Source of the DNA: Antedon mediterranea
Lineage: Eukaryota; Animalia; Echinodermata
Assembly (NCBI RefSeq): GCF_964355755.1
Contig: NC_092673.1
Location: forward strand, 30,129,648 to 30,193,647
DNA: 64,000 bases
Direction of reading: 5' to 3'
Shown here: positions 1-14,300 of the stretch, piece after piece
Numbering within the stretch: position 1 is the first letter of the stretch
Layout of the letters: each line of letters begins with the position of its first letter
Notes under the pieces: generated by a model
What the model was told of the DNA's origin: nothing
Databases searched by the model: none
What the model saw: the letters and a program-made list of their open reading frames with translations, nothing else
Made by a program: the position numbers and the translations under genes

Positions 1-2218
1 TTAATGTACACTTTTGGGCAGTAACCCTTGCTGTTTGACAATAACAAAATACAATAAAGTATTAGCGGCCAGTTGGTTGACATTCCACAGTAAAAAGAAA
101 AATACTGGTTATAATTATTTTTAGAAAGATTGAGTACTTTATGACTTCTATATATGTAAGGGTCAAGGAAACAGTTGACCCAAAAAGAATACAGGAATAG
201 TTCAATACACTTTTAGCAATTTAACCACAGGGCTAAAGATTTACAACACTTTTAGGTAACAGTAAAGCTGACTTCCCCCAATGGGATGGGTTTTATGTAG
301 TTGACCAGTCTGAAATCAGTAAATGAAAGTGACCAGGCTCCCACGATAAGTTTAGCAGCTGCATTTCCTGTCCGACATCAGGCGCCGGTCAATAAGGGTA
401 TAATGTCCAATATCGTAGGTCAATTATGTTAATTCCTGTATGGTTAGATCATTAATCTTGGCCAATGTCCAGTGTTTTAGACTTACTGGGGCCACATTCC
501 ATAAAAGATGTAAATGTTCATATCCCTAGATAGTTATTATAAATCTTGATATTGCAAATTTCAGAACGCATTATATGGCATTACAATACTTTAATGTGTA
601 TACATCCGGGATCTAATGATATGTTAAATACAGTGTTATTGCACGGTTTGTCTTTATAAAATGTTCCAGCGAAAATGTGTGGTAAAAATATATGAAAAGG
701 AACATTATTTATCATTTAGCAAGATTGGCACTCAAATTCTCTGGATTGATGTTCTTAATTTTTAATATTATACTATTTTCTATCTTCAACTGTTAGTTAT
801 TATTTTATTTTAAACCACAATGAAATCTAGCAAGCAATATCATTTTGATAAAAAGAATTAATCATGAAATGGTCATTTGGATGATAATTTATGATAGCGT
901 GAGGCTTATGTGTTTCGGTGCATGCTAGATAAATGACATGCATATTTATGAACAACAATGGAGTGAATATATTTACTTTTTATTTTATCAGTAACACAAT
1001 TTAGAACTAATACTGGTCTAAAAAAATCTGCAAACCAAATTAATATTTGGTTAACAAATACTATGTCGTCTTTCCAATTAACTTAATGAGATCATGTATT
1101 TTATATGGATTTAAGGGGACATCATAAACAAAAGTGATTTAGAAATTAGAAATAAAATTAATTATGAGGTCAGTTGTATGAAATTAAATTTTACTAAGCA
1201 CCATAAGATATTAACAATTAGTTTAATTTTTGCATTCACTTAAATTTCGCAGTATAATAATCTAAATCAATTATATTATTATATACAGTAAATATTTAGG
1301 GGAAAAAATTAATGGTAGATAAATAAATTGAATGTTAAAATTATAGGTAGGCTATTAAATGGATTCTAATTCTTCAGAAATAAATAAAAAATATTTATCA
1401 ATAATATGAAGGTAAGAATTCAAAAACAATAACAAAATGAATTGTTTTAAAAAACCTTGGGTGTAAATAAATATGGATCCAATTAAAACAAAAATTTGAT
1501 CAAAATATTAAAATTATAACGATATAATTTTTTGAATGATTAACTTTAAATTGTAAAGATTAAATCAATTGAAGGACAAACTGCGAATTGTTTCTCAAAA
1601 ATTTAAACAAAAAATAATTAATTTAATTATCAACAAATTTAAATAATGAACCATTGAAAAAGTAGGCCATTATTTATGATTAAACTGTTAAAAAGTAGAA
1701 ATAAAATCAATAAAAATAACAAACAATAAAAAAATATAACAATAAAAAAATATTATCACTACGGCAATGACAACAAGGACAAGATACAATGGGTCAATAT
1801 AATATCATTATTATTTGTAAATATTAGAATAAATGCTAAAAGGCAGTTTTTGAATGAATTCAATAAAAGATTAACTTGTTGTATGTTTATTTAAAAATTA
1901 ATTCAAATTGATTGCTTGATTTGAATTTAAAATTGCCAAACTTGATTCTTTTTTGTGTACGTGTATGCAAATTATATTTTTATTTATCATATTTAAAATT
2001 ATTCTTAAGAAACAAAACATAATAATGTTAAGACGTTTTTGTTGCAGGCATGTTGATATGAATTTACTAGCCTAACCATAGCAGCTGACATGCTCAAACT
2101 GCATACACTTCGCCTAGAGAAAGTATCTACAATTTACGGAAGTTGGAGGCTAGGCTATAAATCAGTCTCCTTTTATTTCCCTTACCAATCACCTAAGAAA
2201 TCTAGGCCTAGTACATAC

Positions 2219-2351
2219 CTGAACGACCGGTCAAAGCAGCTGCCACCTCCTGACGTATTGCTCGTTGCATGTCCATTTGTAGGTCAAAGGTCAATTGTAC
2301 CATATTCTTCAATTCCTCCATCTGTCTTCTCAACGATTCAAATTCTAAACT
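2219..2351 (-). CDS. Exon encoding the conserved coiled-coil motif LRRQMEELKNMVQLTFDLQMDMQRAIRQEVAAAL
   Basis: Polypyrimidine tract plus CAG acceptor, GTATGT donor, open frame with a recognisable motif. Confidence 0.8.
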
Positions 2352-5300
2352 CTGTAGAGAAGGAAAAAAAGAAAACTACATCAACACAAAGTATTTATAA
2401 ATGAAAATATCATGGTGGGAAAATCACGACCATATCCCGATATTGAAAGACAACGTGGTGAACCGTTCATAGCTAGTACAAGTACTGGCAACCAAACTAA
2501 ACTTAGAATAACTTAAATTTGTCGTAGGCTCTGGTTTCCAGACAGTATAACTTGCGGGATTCACGTTCGAATAAGTGTTTATTGGAGTAATGGGGTGAAA
2601 AGATCAAATCAAAGGTCTGAATACCAGACAATATAGAATAAGTAGAGCACAATTGAGACTGTATTGTCTGATGGCTATAGTAATATTTACCTCCCAGACC
2701 TATTTTGATTGGACACTTTAAAAATGTATACCCCCCCCCCCCCTGAGTAATATAATTTCATAAAATGAATAACATTAAATTTACATTTTTAGTACAGTAT
2801 GGTAAAATACAATACTAACTAACCACAAACAAAAAAATGTTTTTACAGTAAGATAGGTAGTCCTATTTGAGTGCATTTACATTGCCGTACGTGTTAAAAG
2901 TACAAATTTATGATATTTGACATAATCCACGTTCAAATGTCATATTCAATAAAACTCTATACTATTTAATAAAACATTGAAGAAAAGAAATATTTAAAAA
3001 ATCTAAATCAAATATTGATTGAAGACTTTAGCTAGGGGCAATGGTGCAGTTACATCTGATGTTACAGTATAACAAATAAATTATACTATAAAAATGAACT
3101 TTTAAATTTACATTATTTCAGATTTGGAGATCAGATCTTTGTTTTAAATAACATTATGTGGAATTTTAAAGCCTAAACAATATTTCAAAATTAAAACAAT
3201 AACAATTTATTTGAATAAATGTTTTCTTTTTGTAGATAATGCAACTTTTCTAGAAGTATGTTGTCATCTTTGTAATATGTATTCATACTTGATCTAATTT
3301 ACAGAATTTTGGACTAACGCAATTCTATATCTAAAATCTGTTTTTAAACATTTATTTGTTTCTTAGAAAAATTTGTAAAATTAACTTTCAAAATCAAATA
3401 ACAGACAGTTAAATCGGGAAAATACAATATGAGTCATGATCGTCTGAAAATGGATAAACAATCTTGAACAACAAAAATGATGAACAAAAACAAAAAACTA
3501 TGATTTTATAAAAGATTAAATGGTTAATACACATATTACAATAATTCTAGCTGAAAAATTTGCACAAATTTCTGAAAGAACTAAAACATAAATGTTTGTT
3601 GTAAACTTACTACACAGTAGTAAAATCAACTGGATAAAAATAAAAAAAATAAAAAATTGTTGTTGTAAAATTGTGTACTGATAATTTATGCAGAATTTAA
3701 AATGTCGTGATCAGTAGAAATGCTGTCAAGCACGTGTCAATAAATTGATGATTGGTCTGCAGATGGTCACTGAATAACATGCTAAATTACAATATTTTAC
3801 TATACAATGACAAACTGCAATGTAGCTATGGCTTATCTATTTTTTTCATATCATTAAGAAGGTCAGTTTTAACAAAGAGCCTAATCTTATCTTAGTTTCC
3901 TGAATGGACATACATTGTTTGACTCTTCCTTTGCTGGATTCAGTATTCGATTCGACCATAGGGGCTGGCTTGGGAATTATGTTAATGGCCATGTTGGACT
4001 TAAAACAGTAGAAGGACATTTATTAATAACCACTCAAGCAAGAAAATAAAAAAAAAACTACCGATTGTTCGGTTGAAATAGAGATCTAGTTAATGCAAGT
4101 TGTTCGCTAATAAATAAGCAATTTTTCTGAAATTTCATTTGCAATGGACAAACCACCTTGGCGCCAATGATAACTGCAATTGCGGCCAAGGACGTACGGT
4201 GACAATGATGAATATGCATTAGAAAAAACCGAAGAAACAAACGAGCAGAGAAATAAATGACTTCATAAATGAATGGGTAAAGTCAGGTCCGAGTGAATGA
4301 ACAAAATAAATCAATTATTACAATAATGACCTTTCTAAAATCTTCTAATAATATAAACTTTGTAAACTCATTTGACCTAAATTTTTACCATTTTCTCTTA
4401 ATTTGTTATCATAAGGAAATGATTAATTTAAATTTTGTTCAAATTTACGCCACCTCCAATTAATGACCACAATCCACTTTATACAGATACTGTATAGTGT
4501 GACACTAATAAAAAACCAAAACCAAACCAAAGGTACAGTCAAATCTCTCAATTACCAGACTCTCTCAAAACCAAACCAAAGGTACAGTCAAATCTCTCAA
4601 TTACCAGACTCTCTCAAAACCAAACCAAAGGTACAGTGAAATCTCTCAATTACCAGACTCTCTCAAAACCAAACCAAAGGTACAGTCAAATCTCTCAATT
4701 ACCAGACTCTCTCAAAACCAAACCAAAGGTACAGTGAAATCTCTCAATTACCAGACTCTCTCAAAACCAAACCAAAGGTACAGTCAAATCTCTCAATTAC
4801 CAGACTCTCTCAAAACCAAACCAAAGGTACAGTCAAATCTCTCAATTACCAGACTCTCTCAAAACCAAACCAAAGGTACAGTCAAATCTCTCAATTACCA
4901 GACTCTCTCAAAACCAAACCAAAGGTACAGTCAAATCTCTCAATTACCAGACTCTCTCAAAACCAAACCAAAGGTACAGTCAAATCTCTCAATTACCAGA
5001 CTCTCTCAAAACCAAACCAAAGGTACAGTCAAATCTCTCAATTACCAGACTCTCTCAAAACCAAACCAAAGGTACAGTCAAATCTCTCAATTACCAGACT
5101 CTCTCAAAACCAAACCAAAGGTACAGTCAAATCTCTCAATTACCAGACTCTCTCAAAACCAAACCAAAGGTACAGTCAAATCTCTCAATTACCAGACTCT
5201 ATCGAAAACCAGAAACTATCCCAAAACCAAACTTTCCTTGAGGTTCAATAGCTCTAAAATCATTTTTACCATAAAAAATGTTCAGAATACCAGATATTCT

Positions 5301-8300
5301 AGAAAACCAGATGGGCCAATGTATGGTATTGAGTTGACTGCCCTACAATGTATGTTTACTAAGTGTTGTTATCCACATGATCCATGTACTTGCGTGCAAG
5401 AAACACAATAGGCAAAAATTGTTGGTGAAAATTACAATAACAAATTCTAAACCCTTTTGTTGGAAGTATTTAACAACTTCGGAAAGAAATACACCTTGTT
5501 TTGCTTCAGTGGCTTTTCCTATTGTGATGAAATTTTAATGGGTTTTCTTTCGCTTTAGAACTTATGGAATAAAAAAGAAATATGTTCACATTTTATCTGT
5601 GTCAAAGTAATAAATGGAAATAATAAAAAAAAGTACATTGGATTTTCTTCTTATAAGTTTGTGACTTAAGTATAGTAACCTAATTTGTCAATGTACAAGA
5701 AGGATAATGCGTAATAGTGGAGGATTGGCAAAATGTTTTATGTAGTCATAACTCACTAGAGGGCAGCAAACACATATTAAATGCAACATTTCACTTATTA
5801 GTCTCACTAAGTTAGCAAGGCCATAAAAAGTGCTTTCCCTTGAATCCTTGACTTGTGGTTAAAAAAAAACTGTAATAGTCAATCAATCAATCAATGAAAT
5901 GTCAAAAGGGGTGTTATGGTTACTCAATGTTGGGTAACTTAGGAATGTTTTGGTAATTGTTTGCCAGGGGGCTACACCTGTTCAAATTAGACATATGAAA
6001 ATAAGTTGTCATAAATTAACATATCCTACTTATTATATTCATAATTAAGGTGATTTCTGAGAAATTATGTAGGTGAAAGGTCAGGTTTTAGTCAAACAAT
6101 TTAAAACCAACTATATATCTAAACATTCATGAACCCCTAAGCTACTGAAAAATATATTACTTTACGAAAAATAAATTGGAAATACCATAAATGTGAAAAA
6201 AAATCCCAAATTTATTTTGGGGGATAAAAGAATGAAAATAATTTAATCTCTAAATTTATAATCATTCCTTTAGAGATTAGAATGTGATAGTTGTGTGCAA
6301 AAACCAGGAAAATTGTTTTTCCAAGACATTTCCATTATGGCTAGTGGTCAACCATACCAGGATAAATCATTGGCCCATTCATACTATAATATAAATATTT
6401 AATTGAGGATTTTTTACATGTGATCAAAACAACAATGAGTGATGGTAGATTTCTCATTAATTAGTACATGTTGTTTATTCGAGTTGCTGTGAAAATGACT
6501 TAGCCAAGAAAGTGGTCATTATCTGAACATTTTGTCCTACTAAATCTCTCATTATTAAAGTAATGTAAATAAACGAAGATGCCTCAAATTTAAACAAACT
6601 AAATCATTTAGAATGTTGTATTTTTAATGGCCTGTTTCTATCTTTTGAAAAATCCAAGACGGTTTTCTTTGAAACCAGTTTTGAACATTTGTTGTTAAGA
6701 AAAATCATGTTGTAGCCAATTTTTACTCCAGATAAAACCGGTTTCACACTCAGAAACATCAGAAGTGAGGTCAAACTAAAACTGCTCCATTGGGCTTTGT
6801 TTGTGTAAGTAACCATTTTAAAATTAGTTCATTTGTGTTTTATTTTCTACTCAATGGAAACATACATCATGTTAAATATAATTATTCTAACACCAAATAC
6901 ATTTCGTTTGTCTTGTAATGTTTTAAATTGTGAAGAAAATCTTTCAACTGCATCCTTTCAGGTTTAATCTATCATAAAAATATACCAATATCTAAATTAT
7001 TTATGTTGTATTTTCAGTATGTCTAAGTTAATTTTAAATGTATAAACAATCTGTCCTGTTGTAATTATGTTGTTCTAGTTTAATTGAACTGGTCACTTTC
7101 CATTAATTGTTCTAGGTATATACAATTACATGATGTTACAACTTTCACCTACAGTTCAAATCCCATTTTGGATTGGCACCTAGCTGACTGCATTTTACAT
7201 TTGGCATATTAACAATTCCAAAGTGCTTGCCATTTTATTACTTGTGATAAATTGACATGTTGACCGTTTGCTGCAGAAAGCTTAGTCACATGACCAATCA
7301 TTTCCTTACAATGCACTATGATTGGTTTCCATGGCTTAAGCAAAAACTAATGATGGCAGTGTTTAATAAAAATGCTCTCTATCAAAACTATACAGTCATA
7401 CAATCCCAATACCACCAGACACCCTTAGGCTCATATGTTTTAGTTTTCAGGGAAGTCTGGTAAATGAATGTGTTTGAGTAAAACAGGAATTTGGACTTTT
7501 GATTTAGACCTCAATAAAATCTGGTTTTGGAAGAGTTTCCGGTTGTAGAGTACCCTATGTAACCAAAACGATACTGGAGACGAATACCACTATTTATTTG
7601 TTTGCCCCTTACTTGTTGTCATGCGCCAGATATATATTCAAAAGTATTATATTACCCGCCAAAACAGAACCGAAATGCACCATTTATTTAATACTAGATC
7701 CAAAAAAACCTCTCAAACTTAGCTAAATTGATTCAAGAAATTTTGTATTTGTTTAATTAGATGTTGCTGTTCGATATATAAATTATGTATAAGACCAAAT
7801 ATTTAAGTCTGGAAGGTTGAAAGAATGTTCTAAAGAAATAAATAATTGTTATTGCCAATTATTAGGAGAGTTTGTGTTTTCAGTGTTTGTAATATTTGAA
7901 TATAAAAAAAATATTCTGTATGTTGTGTTAAAATTGGTTTAAAACATCACAATGGATTAATTTTTAAATAGGAACTAAAATGAGTGTTTTCCATGTTAGT
8001 GATGGGTCAAATATGTAACTTTATCCTCTCATGAGGGCAGTATATAGATTATCAAAACTGTTACCACATAAATCTGCTTAAATTTGTCAGAGCAGAATAC
8101 ATGATGAACAGTGGAGTAAATAAAACTCTGCGACAGTGGCAAACTCATTCATCCAGGTATTTGGTACATATTGATTAGTTTTGGATCTTTAAAAAAATTT
8201 AACTTACAGGCAGTGTTGTTTCCTCCCGAGGGTCATTCTGTGGACGTGGAGCATTGATGCCTAAATGACGGAAATCATTGCGTTGAATTCGTCGCGATGG

Positions 8301-11300
8301 TCGAATTGACTGTACAAATTCTGAAACACGTTGGCCATCAAATTCACCATTAGCCAGTCGATCCTAAAAGGAATATATATAAATTATTATTATTCACTAT
8401 ATGTTTTAATACTGACCTAACAGAGTTATCATGAATACATGTACTTTAAGATACTTAATATTTGAATATAAAACGTACATACAAACATGTTGGACAATTA
8501 GTTATTCAATTCAATTCACATTTATTCACGTCCAGAAGACAAAACTAACAAAAAGAAAATGGCAAGTGATAATAAAAGAAAATGGATGAAGGCAAATCCC
8601 AAAAAGATTTGAATCTTATGACGGGATTGCCTTTACAAATTTATTAATGAGTGGCCAAGCGGTTAAGACAGTGGAACCGTAATTACGTAGCCATAGCATC
8701 AGCAGGGGTTCGAGACTCACTCGCTTCATGGTAGAACGAGTCTTCTCGGATAAGGACTATAAACCGTATGTCCAGTGTACACATCTAGCTCATGTGCACT
8801 TTAAAGAATCTTTCGAGACGAGTAGGGGTTAGCCCGGTGTACTAGTACATCACAGCCACTGATCATAACTGGGCCCTCTGAAGAGGTCGCTCAGTATAAA
8901 TAGATAAAATATTTCAAGGTTTGTGGTTCCAAAAAATAAGGTAAAGTTAAGAATCCCTCGCACTTCAGTAGATATGCTACAACTATCTTCTGGAGTAATA
9001 ATAATAAATGTTGAGACATTCTCAACCTCCATTTCATTTTTAGAAAAACACATGGTGTTCATCAAACCTTATTTATTAGCGTTAAGTCGCCATGAAAACC
9101 TTTAAACAAGATTGAATGTTGGACAGTATTTTTCAAATTGTATTATTTTAACTTGCAATAACAACAAAATACTCTCACAATTGGACCAAGTCAGAATTTA
9201 AGAGTGTGACAGTTCGGCCACAAGATAATTTAACAGGAAACCACAGTAAAGTGGTCAAAAGCCAAAACTAATAGTAAAGTCAGTTTCACTGATATGGCAG
9301 AGTGCACTCGAGAACTGACACTGGTGAGTATGTAAGCCATTCACTTCCTGTTTGGTTATTTTAATAAAGTTGAGTTGTACAATTTGGTACACGCTTGCCA
9401 GGTCTGCTAGAGGATTTTTTTAACATCATGAGGAATCAATTAGTTACAATGATCATAAGAAATAAACAAGAGACAAACACAACTGGGAATTGACATTGAT
9501 GGTAAAAACATTTGCAGAAACAAAACAATTTACTTCCATCTAGTATGAACTTTCAGTGACTCTGCGCGGTAATTATGCTAAACAAAATGATTTACTTAAT
9601 CCAAGTACGTACTCTTATCCTGTTGAGGTAAACACTTTATTTACACCTAGTATGTACTCCATCGTCAAACTAAACCATATACTTACACCTAGTACGTACT
9701 ATATCGTCAAACTAAACCATATACTTACACCTAGTACGTACTATATCGTCAAACTAAACCATATACTTACACCTAGTACGTACTATATCGTCAAACTAAA
9801 CCATATACTTACACCTAGTACGTACTATATCGTCAAACTAAACCATATACTTACACCTAGTATGTACTCTATCGTCAAACTAAACCATATACTTACACCT
9901 AGTACGTACTATATCGTCAAACTAAACCATATACTTACACCTAGTACGTACTATATCGTCAAACTAAACCATATACTTACACCTAGTATGTACTCTATCG
10001 TCAAACTAAACCATATACTTACACCTAGTACGTACTATATCGTCAAACTAAACCATATACTTACACCTAGTACGTACTATATCGTCAAACTAAACCATAT
10101 ACTTACACCTAGTACGTACTCTATTGTCAAACTAAACCATATACTTACACCTAGTACGTACTATATCGTCAAACTAAACCATATACTTACACCTAGTACG
10201 TACTATATCGTCAAACTAAACCATATACTTACACCTAGTACGTACTCAATCGTCAAACTAAACCATATACTTACACCTAGTATGTACTCTATCGTCAAAC
10301 TAAACCATATACTTACACCTAGTATGTACTCTATCGTCAAACTAAACCATATACTTACACCTAGTACGTACTATATCGTCAAACTAAACCATATACTTAC
10401 ACCTAGTATGTACTCTATTGTCAAACTAAACCATATACTTACACCTAGTATGTACTCTATTGTCAAACTAAACCATATACTTACACCTAGTATGTACTCT
10501 ATTGTCAAACTAAACCATATACTTACACCTAGTATGTACTCTATTGTCAAACTAAACCATATACTTACACCTAGTATGTACTCTATTGTCAAACTAAACC
10601 ATATACTTACACCTAGTATGTACTCTATTGTCAAACTAAACCATATACTTACACCTAGTATGTACTCTATTGTCAAACTAAACCATATACTTACACCTAG
10701 TATGTACTCTATCGTCAAACTAAACCATATACTTACACCTAGTATGTACTATATTGTCAAACTAAACCATATACTTACACCTAGTATGTACTCTATCGTC
10801 AAACTAAACCATATACTTACACCTAGTATGTACTCTATTGTCAAACTAAACCATATACTTACACCTAGTACGTACTATATCGTCAAACTAAACCATATAC
10901 TTACACCTAGTATGTACTCTATTGTCAAACTAAACCATATACTTACACCTAGTATGTACTCTATTGTCAAACTAAACCATATACTTACACCTAGTACGTA
11001 CTATATCGTCAAACTAAACCATATACTTACACCTAGTATGTACTCTATTGTCAAACTAAACCATATACTTACACCTAGTACGTACTATATCGTCAAACTA
11101 AACCATATACTTACACCTAGTATGTACTCTATTGTCAAACTAAACCATATACTTACACCTAGTATGTACTCTATTGTCAAACTAAACCATATACTTACAC
11201 CTAGTACGTACTATATCGTCAAACTAAACCATATACTTACACCTAGTATGTACTCTATCGTCAAACTAAACCATATACTTACACCTAGTATGTACTATAT

Positions 11301-14300
11301 CGTCAAACTAAACCATATACTTACACCTAGTACGTACTATATCGTCAAACTAAACCATATACTTACACCTAGTACGTACTATATCGTCAAACTAAACCAT
11401 ATACTTACACCTAGTATGTACTCTATCGTCAAACTAAACCATATACTTACACCTAGTACGTACTATATCGTCAAACTAAACCATATACTTACACCTAGTA
11501 CGTACTATATCGTCAAACTAAACCATATACTTACACCTAGTATGTACTCTATCGTCAAACTAAACCATATACTTACACCTAGTACGTACTATATCGTCAA
11601 ACTAAACCATATACTTACACCTAGTACGTACTATATCGTCAAACTAAACCATATACTTACACCTAGTACGTACTCTATTGTCAAACTAAACCATATACTT
11701 ACACCTAGTACGTACTATATCGTCAAACTAAACCATATACTTACACCTAGTACGTACTATATCGTCAAACTAAACCATATACTTACACCTAGTATGTACT
11801 CTATCGTCAAACTAAACCATATACTTACACCTAGTACGTACTATATCGTCAAACTAAACCATATACTTACACCTAGTACGTACTATATCGTCAAACTAAA
11901 CCATATACTTACACCTAGTATGTACTCTATCGTCAAACTAAACCATATACTTACACCTAGTACGTACTATATCGTCAAACTAAACCATATACTTACACCT
12001 AGTACGTACTATATCGTCAAACTAAACCATATACTTACACCTAGTACGTACTCTATTGTCAAACTAAACCATATACTTACACCTAGTACGTACTATATCG
12101 TCAAACTAAACCATATACTTACACCTAGTACGTACTATATCGTCAAACTAAACCATATACTTACACCTAGTACGTACTCAATCGTCAAACTAAACCATAT
12201 ACTTACACCTAGTATGTACTCTATCGTCAAACTAAACCATATACTTACACCTAGTATGTACTCTATCGTCAAACTAAACCATATACTTACACCTAGTACG
12301 TACTATATCGTCAAACTAAACCATATACTTACACCTAGTATGTACTCTATTGTCAAACTAAACCATATACTTACACCTAGTATGTACTCTATTGTCAAAC
12401 TAAACCATATACTTACACCTAGTATGTACTCTATTGTCAAACTAAACCATATACTTACACCTAGTATGTACTCTATTGTCAAACTAAACCATATACTTAC
12501 ACCTAGTATGTACTCTATCGTCAAACTAAACCATATACTTACACCTAGTACGTACTATATCGTCAAACTAAACCATATACTTACACCTAGTATGTACTCT
12601 ATTGTCAAACTAAACCATATACTTACACCTAGTATGTACTCTATTGTCAAACTAAACCATATACTTACACCTAGTATGTACTCTATTGTCAAACTAAACC
12701 ATATACTTACACCTAGTATGTACTCTATTGTCAAACTAAACCATATACTTACACCTAGTATGTACTCTATTGTCAAACTAAACCATATACTTACACCTAG
12801 TATGTACTCTATTGTCAAACTAAACCATATACTTACACCTAGTACGTACTATATCGTCAAACTAAACCATATACTTACACCTAGTATGTACTCTATTGTC
12901 AAACTAAACCATATACTTACACCTAGTACGTACTATATCGTCAAACTAAACCATATACTTACACCTAGTATGTACTCTATCGTCAAACTAAACCATATAC
13001 TTACACCTAGTACGTACTCTATCGTCAAACTAAACCATATACTTACACCTAGTACGTACTCTATCGTCAAATTAAACCATATACTTACGCCTAGTATGTA
13101 TTCCAGCCTGCCGCGGAAGTTGCTTTCAAGCGTAGATGATACCAGCTGTTGTTGAACTAGATTGCTAATGTCTGCTATGAAGTCTTCTCGTCGGTTTGTG
13201 TCGAGATTTACAACTGGAGAAGGATTTTGTTGATTTCTAGAAAACAAAAAGAAGATTATTAGGGAGGTTTCGCAAAGCTACGATAACGAAAACGTCACAC
13301 ACAATCAATGTGTCTAACAAACAAGTACATACGTACATTTGCAAACATTACTTGCTATGCTAAATATTTGTATATTTGTTTGTATTTCATGATTGATATA
13401 GTACAGGAATGCCTAACTCAATTCAGTAAAAAATTAAAAATTGAGGGCGTAGTTCTCGAATAAATTAAGATATTATAACATAGGAGGCGCTATATACATT
13501 TTCAATTTATTGTCTCACACATTGGCCAATAAAAAAAGTTAGTGAAATTTATGTAAATGTAAACTTACTCATTCCTAAGGAGCCATGGTCTTTGAGGCAA
13601 GACTCCTGATGGTGCTGGTGGTTGGGTTGGTGGATTCTGTGACTGTTGCCATCGCTGATGTGGTGGTTGCCATTGCTGCTGTTGTGGTTGCCGTTGCTGC
13701 TGTGGTTGCAATTGTTGCTGTGACTGTTGCCAATGCATAAACTGTTGAAATTGCTGTTGCTGCCAAGCTGCAAATTGATTCTGTTGCTACGTTAAAAAAG
13801 ACTTTAATTAGAATTATTGGAATAAATGACACCAAAAATATTTAAAAATTAGACTATTTTACTAATTAGTCCAGTCAATAAATTCAAAGTCTACTTACTG
13901 GTGACCCTACGGCTTGATTTGGTGCTGAAAAAGGTGTTGGCTGCAAACCGTTCAGATTAAAAGGTGGTGGCTGTGGAATTGCAAACCTAGAATCTGATTG
14001 TTGTGAGGTCACACTAGCTGAAGCCTCGCTTAATGTTTCAACTGGCGAGAAATGCTCTGCCGCTGCTGCTGCCATGGCTAGCCCAGCCACTCGCAGTCTT
14101 TGAGCGCGCTCCATCTCTTGATCTTGTCGGTAAACAGTTCCACGCACGACACTCTCTAACTCTTGTCTAAATTGCATGCTTCGGAGTAAGTTTGAGACAG
14201 GACGAGATTCAAAAAGACAGTCGATGTCCAAGACCACATTCTCAGGTCTCTCACATTCTTCGTCAGAAAATTCATCAGGTTTAAAGCGCTTAGCAAAGAA

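Noticed and set aside
250-400. Possible next exon (RING) of the minus-strand gene
   Set aside because: The best acceptor gives an early stop in the required phase and no Cys/His RING pattern.
3914-3998. Confident exon of the minus-strand gene
   Set aside because: The GC-richer segment has a donor, but the obvious acceptor gives a phase mismatch with exon 2351; left unresolved.
4734-5411. 225-aa repetitive ORF
   Set aside because: Translation of the 49-bp tandem repeat cycling through three frames.
8647-8730. tRNA gene
   Set aside because: A and B boxes are present but no convincing cloverleaf; it continues into a SINE body.
9556-13155. 1199-aa ORF on the plus strand
   Set aside because: Artefact of the stop-free 42-bp minisatellite; antisense to the intron of a real gene, non-ATG start, no unique domain.
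13549-13835. Ala/Thr-rich and Asn/His-rich ORFs listed in the track
   Set aside because: Splice phases select the third (Gln-rich) frame.
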